Source: Felis catus (Eukaryota). Taken from it: DNA of 64,000 bases. Under the pieces are notes generated by a model. That model was not told the origin of the DNA. It saw only the letters and a program-made list of their open reading frames with translations, and did not search any database. The stretch is from the NCBI RefSeq assembly GCF_018350175.1, contig NC_058368.1:175028001-175092000 (forward strand). Reading direction: 5' to 3'. Both the position numbers and the translations under genes were made by a program. Positions 60,513 through 64,000 of this stretch are shown here, piece after piece. The first letter of the stretch is position 1. The number at the start of each line of letters is the position of its first letter.

Positions 60513-60661
60513 AGATTCCTTTCCATTTTGACTTCACCTGCCCCCCCCCACCCCCTGCCCCCAGCTCAGTAAGCAGGTAGCTTCAAAATCCCAGTGTAGG
60601 AGGCTGAGCTTTAGGAGGGAGGTAGCCACCCCAGCAGGAAGTTAGGGGGGGGATATTTTGT

Positions 60662-60707
60662 TATCTATCTATCATCTATCTATCTATCTATCTATCATCT
60701 ATCTATC

Positions 60708-60750
<43 letters not shown>

Positions 60751-60765
60751 CAGCTATCTATCTAT
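60662..60765 (+). repeat. (TATC)n / (GATA)n microsatellite in a SINE tail
   Basis: Read directly from the sequence. Confidence 0.95.
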
Positions 60766-60924
60766 TTAGTGAGATCAGGAAAGGGGCAGAGGGAGAGGGA
60801 AAGAGAGAATCCCAAGTAGGCTCCATGCCCAGCACAGAGCCCGACGCTGGGCTTGATCTCACAACCTTGAGAGCATCACTTGAGCCCAAATCAAGAGTCG
60901 GATGCTTAACCACCCAGGCGCCCC
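60766..60924 (-). mobile_element. Can-SINE (older)
   Basis: GAATCCCAAGTAGGCTCC...AATCAAGAGTCGGATGCTTAACCACCCAGGCGCCCC. Confidence 0.9.
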
Positions 60925-61349
60925 AAGAGGGGGGCATTTTATGGTTCTCCCTAGGCTGAACACAAAGACTGGAGTCCTGAGGTGAAGGTCAGGAGTAAGG
61001 AGGGATGCGGGCTCAGGTACCATGGGGTATGGCCTTCAGCACAAGGCAGGGAATGTTCCAGACCCATGGAATAAAGGGCTGCCATTAGCGTCAATACTTC
61101 TATGAGCTCTGTATCTCTCATTTTTTAAGACTTATGGTTCTGTCCCTTCCCCCACTCTTTGTCGTCTGGATCCCGGGCCCCTTTCCACCCCACCCCGCCT
61201 TGCCCAAACCATCAGATATTGCCGTCATGTGAACTAGGCAGGCCGCCAGCTGGGCAGCACTTACACAACTCATGGCGCCTATTTAAAGTGTCTGAGAGAC
61301 TCAACACTCCATCAGGACCTGGGGGCACAGAGTAATTATCACTCCCTCT

Positions 61350-61602
61350 TACCTCCTTCCCCTTCCTTTTTCTTTTTTCTTCTCTTTTCTTCTCTTTCTT
61401 TTCTTTTTTCTTTTTTTCTTTTCTTTTCAATGTTTCTTTTCTTTTCTTCTCTTCCCTTCTCTTTTTCTCTTCTCCTACTCCTCCCCTCCCCCCTCCTCCT
61501 CCCACCTTCCCCTTCCTTCCTCCTTCCTCCTCCTCCCCCTCCTCTCTCTCCTCCTCCTCCTCCTCTGTCATTGTCTCCTTCTTCTTCTTCCTCTTCTCTT
61601 CT
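61350..61602 (+). repeat. Polypyrimidine (CT-rich) low-complexity tract
   Basis: Read directly from the sequence. Confidence 0.92.
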
Positions 61603-62684
61603 AAAGATTCAGTAGCAATTGGCGTTTTCCTCTGAACTCCCTCCTCCTCGCTCCTTGAAAGGACAAACGAATCAAAAGGTTGAGTGTCACTCAGCCCACG
61701 GTAGACTCCTGATGTGACAAAAGCGTACTGCAGACAGGATCCATCCAGGGGGCCTCTGAGGCCATGTGCCAGGTTGTAGTCCCTGAATGAGCTCTGGGCC
61801 ATGGATCTCGAATGGCCGACTAGTTAAGCAGTGATTAACTAGGCTGATTCCTCAACAGCCATGAGTCCACCCAGGTTACAAACTGAGCCTCTTTTTCAGA
61901 CCCATATTCATTCCAGCCTATATTATCCTTGGCGAAGGGGAACAGCATACTGCTTGCCTTGCGACAGCTCACATTCGAGAAGCTTCTGGGAGTAGGGTTT
62001 CCCGCGTTTCACAAACACTTCTGCGTGTGCAGGGGAGTCAAGTGGAGGAAGAGTGGAGTTATTTGGGAAGCTCAACCCCCTCGGGTCTCTCAAGCTGGTG
62101 AACATGATTGACCTAAGAGGGCAGGAAAGACCTAGTCACCATTCAGAAGTTGGATTCGAACATATTTCCCATTTCTCCAATTCCCCTCCCCCTCCTTCTT
62201 CTTTTATGATAATCAACTGCCCTAGGGAAGGCAATGTCACAACATCACATTTTTTCAAAGGCTACTCATGGCAGCTCACTTCTGGTGAAACTGGGACACA
62301 TTTGAGAGCGAAAGGGGATGATATTAGTAATTACGTTGGGACGGGAGGCATAAGCTTGGGGTATGCCTGGAAACCAAGGACACAAGGTCACCCCGCATAG
62401 CCGGCATCTTTTCACAGCTGGAACGCGCAGTGGTCTTGCAGGGAGCCGGACCCGCTGTCCCAAAGCTCATCGTGCACTGAAGTCTGTGCGTCATGCTTGG
62501 AAGTGAGCCATAGTTAGAACCTCTTTACTCAGAACCTATTTGTTCTTCATTTGCTCCGGTAGCAAATCAGAAAGATGATGAAATGTGCCGGGCCAGGCAG
62601 CCAGCCGTGACAAAGGACAGTCTAAGCTTTGCCCCCCAAAACAAAGTCTAGAGAGAACTTAGCATGCTTGGGACAAATGTTCCA

Positions 62685-62925
62685 TTTATTTATTTAGCTC
62701 AATAGATTCTTCTATCTACCTATCTATCTGTCTATCTAGATATCTATCTAGAGAAAGTGCACGCAAGCACAAAGTGCACGGGCAGAGGGAGAGAGAGGGA
62801 ATCCTGAGCAGACTCCAGGCTCAGTGTGGAGCCTGACGTGGGGCTCGATCCCACGACCCTGGGATCGGGACCTGAGCTGAAGCCGAGAGTTGGGTGCTCA
62901 ACCAACTGCGCCACCCAGGAGGCAT
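62685..62925 (-). mobile_element. Can-SINE (older) with TATC-rich tail
   Basis: GAATCCTGAGCAGACTCC...GACCTGAGCTGAAGCCGAGAGTTGG...GCCACCCAGG. Confidence 0.88.
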
Positions 62926-62959
62926 CCCTGGGTTCTTGAATTTAAAATGATGACTTTCT

Positions 62960-63178
62960 GGGGCGCCTGGGTGGCTCGGTTGGTTGTGCATCCAACTTCA
63001 GCTCAGGTCGTGATCTCGCGGTCCGTGGGTTCGAGCCCTGCATCGGGCCTGTGCTGACAGCTCAGAGCCTGGAGCCTGTTTCAGATTCTGTGTCTCCCTC
63101 TCTCTCTGCCCCTCCCCCGTTCATGCTCTGTCTCTCTCTGTCTCAAAAATAAATAAACATTACAAAAAAAATTAAATA
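62960..63178 (+). mobile_element. SINEC_Fc-type SINE
   Basis: Full head, CT tract and A tail. Confidence 0.95.
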
Positions 63179-63410
63179 GTCAGCATGCTTCAGGCATGGT
63201 CCGTCTGGACCCCCACGTGTACAGATTGGACAGCAGGGTCCATTGCTGAAACGCTGGTGTTCCTCAGCCTCTGTGTGCAAAGGTGGTAAACTCAGGGTCA
63301 GTTCATGAGCTGGTCTAGAACCCTGTTTGGGAAACTGAAGAGAGGTCCTCAAAGGGGAAACCCAGCGCCCTTGTGAAACCACCCACGGACACTCTCTGAG
63401 AAGAAGGACT

Positions 63411-64000
63411 TGTAATAGGTCAACTTACAAGATATCAGAAAGCTTATTGTATATAAGTTCGTCTTAAACTCACCTTTCAGGAATAATCGAGATAAAAGCT
63501 TAGGAAGTTCTCTATTAGGGTTATCGGAAATTACTAGCCGCCCTATCTCGCTTCTGTAACTTCGCCTGCTTGCTAAATGGATAACTTAGGTTGCAAAACG
63601 CTCCCCCATCCCTTCTACCAAGATCTGGCCTAGGCAAAGACCAACATGTAAAAAGTCACGAACTCACTGCCCCACGGTATCTTAGGTGTCTCACCACGAT
63701 TGGTCATTTTAAACCCTCTTAGGACAAAGAACTTTAAATTGATAGGTTCCCGCCAACACTAACGTCTGTGTGTCACAATATAATTGGCTACCATGAAATG
63801 CTGTAAATCGTAATTGGTTAACCAAATAATGACGTATTCGGACTTGCTAAAATCCATATAAGCTCACTGCTGCCTTTGTTCGGGGCCGTGCTCTGCCCTT
63901 TTCTCCTTAAGATCAGGAGATCAGGTTTGGCCCGGCCGTGAAGAAAATCTTGCCTCGCTTCTATTCGGCGTCTGGTGGTTTTTTTCAACAGCACCCTGTT
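63411..64000 (+). mobile_element. Probable young ERV LTR (ERV1/gammaretrovirus-like), probably running off the window edge
   Basis: Starts TGTAA; TCGCTTCTGTAAC motif resembling gammaretroviral U3; several ATTGG boxes; TATA-like CATATAAG at about 63855; AAGAAA at 63941 where a poly(A) signal is expected; many retained CpGs. Confidence 0.65.

Noticed and set aside
61212..61802. 196-aa Lys/Glu-rich minus-strand ORF
   Set aside because: Driven by a CT-rich low-complexity tract; no recognisable domain.
1..64000. Assignment to a specific gene locus or chromosome
   Set aside because: No exon or other uniquely recognisable landmark is present. BLAT of the unique blocks would be required.

Overview
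Mammalian, non-coding genomic DNA, almost certainly from a felid. It carries about 32 carnivore tRNA-derived Can-SINEs, several matching the young cat-type SINEC_Fc head (GGGGCGCCTGGGTGGCGCAGTCGGTTAAGCGTCCGACTTCAGCCAGGTCACG) with intact target-site duplications (TSDs). I found no credible protein-coding exon, RNA gene or prokaryotic system. The listed ORFs derive from SINEs, old L1s, simple repeats or chance. The window looks like an intron or gene desert. Ancient eutherian repeats (L1MB/MC, L2, MIR, MLT1/MLT2/LTR16 LTRs, hAT MITEs MER81/MER45/MER33/MER5) are interleaved with unique blocks rich in homeobox, FOX and TCF motifs that resemble developmental enhancers. Main observations: (1) two diverged ~155-bp copies of an unrecognised TAAT-rich element in inverted orientation about 7.1 kb apart (37412-37564 and 44687-44845); (2) a recent, ~98% identical inverted duplication of ~187 bp inside an old L1, apparently replacing part of it (41391-41579 and 41912-42097); (3) a ~600-bp polypurine GAA/GGA tract whose translation mimics RPGR ORF15; (4) a CpG-retaining, apparently young ERV LTR at the right edge; (5) a CCAATAAA+ATCAAAG composite motif repeated in two unique blocks. 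Repeat family names come from recalled consensus features and need RepeatMasker/Dfam confirmation. Boundaries of old repeats are approximate.
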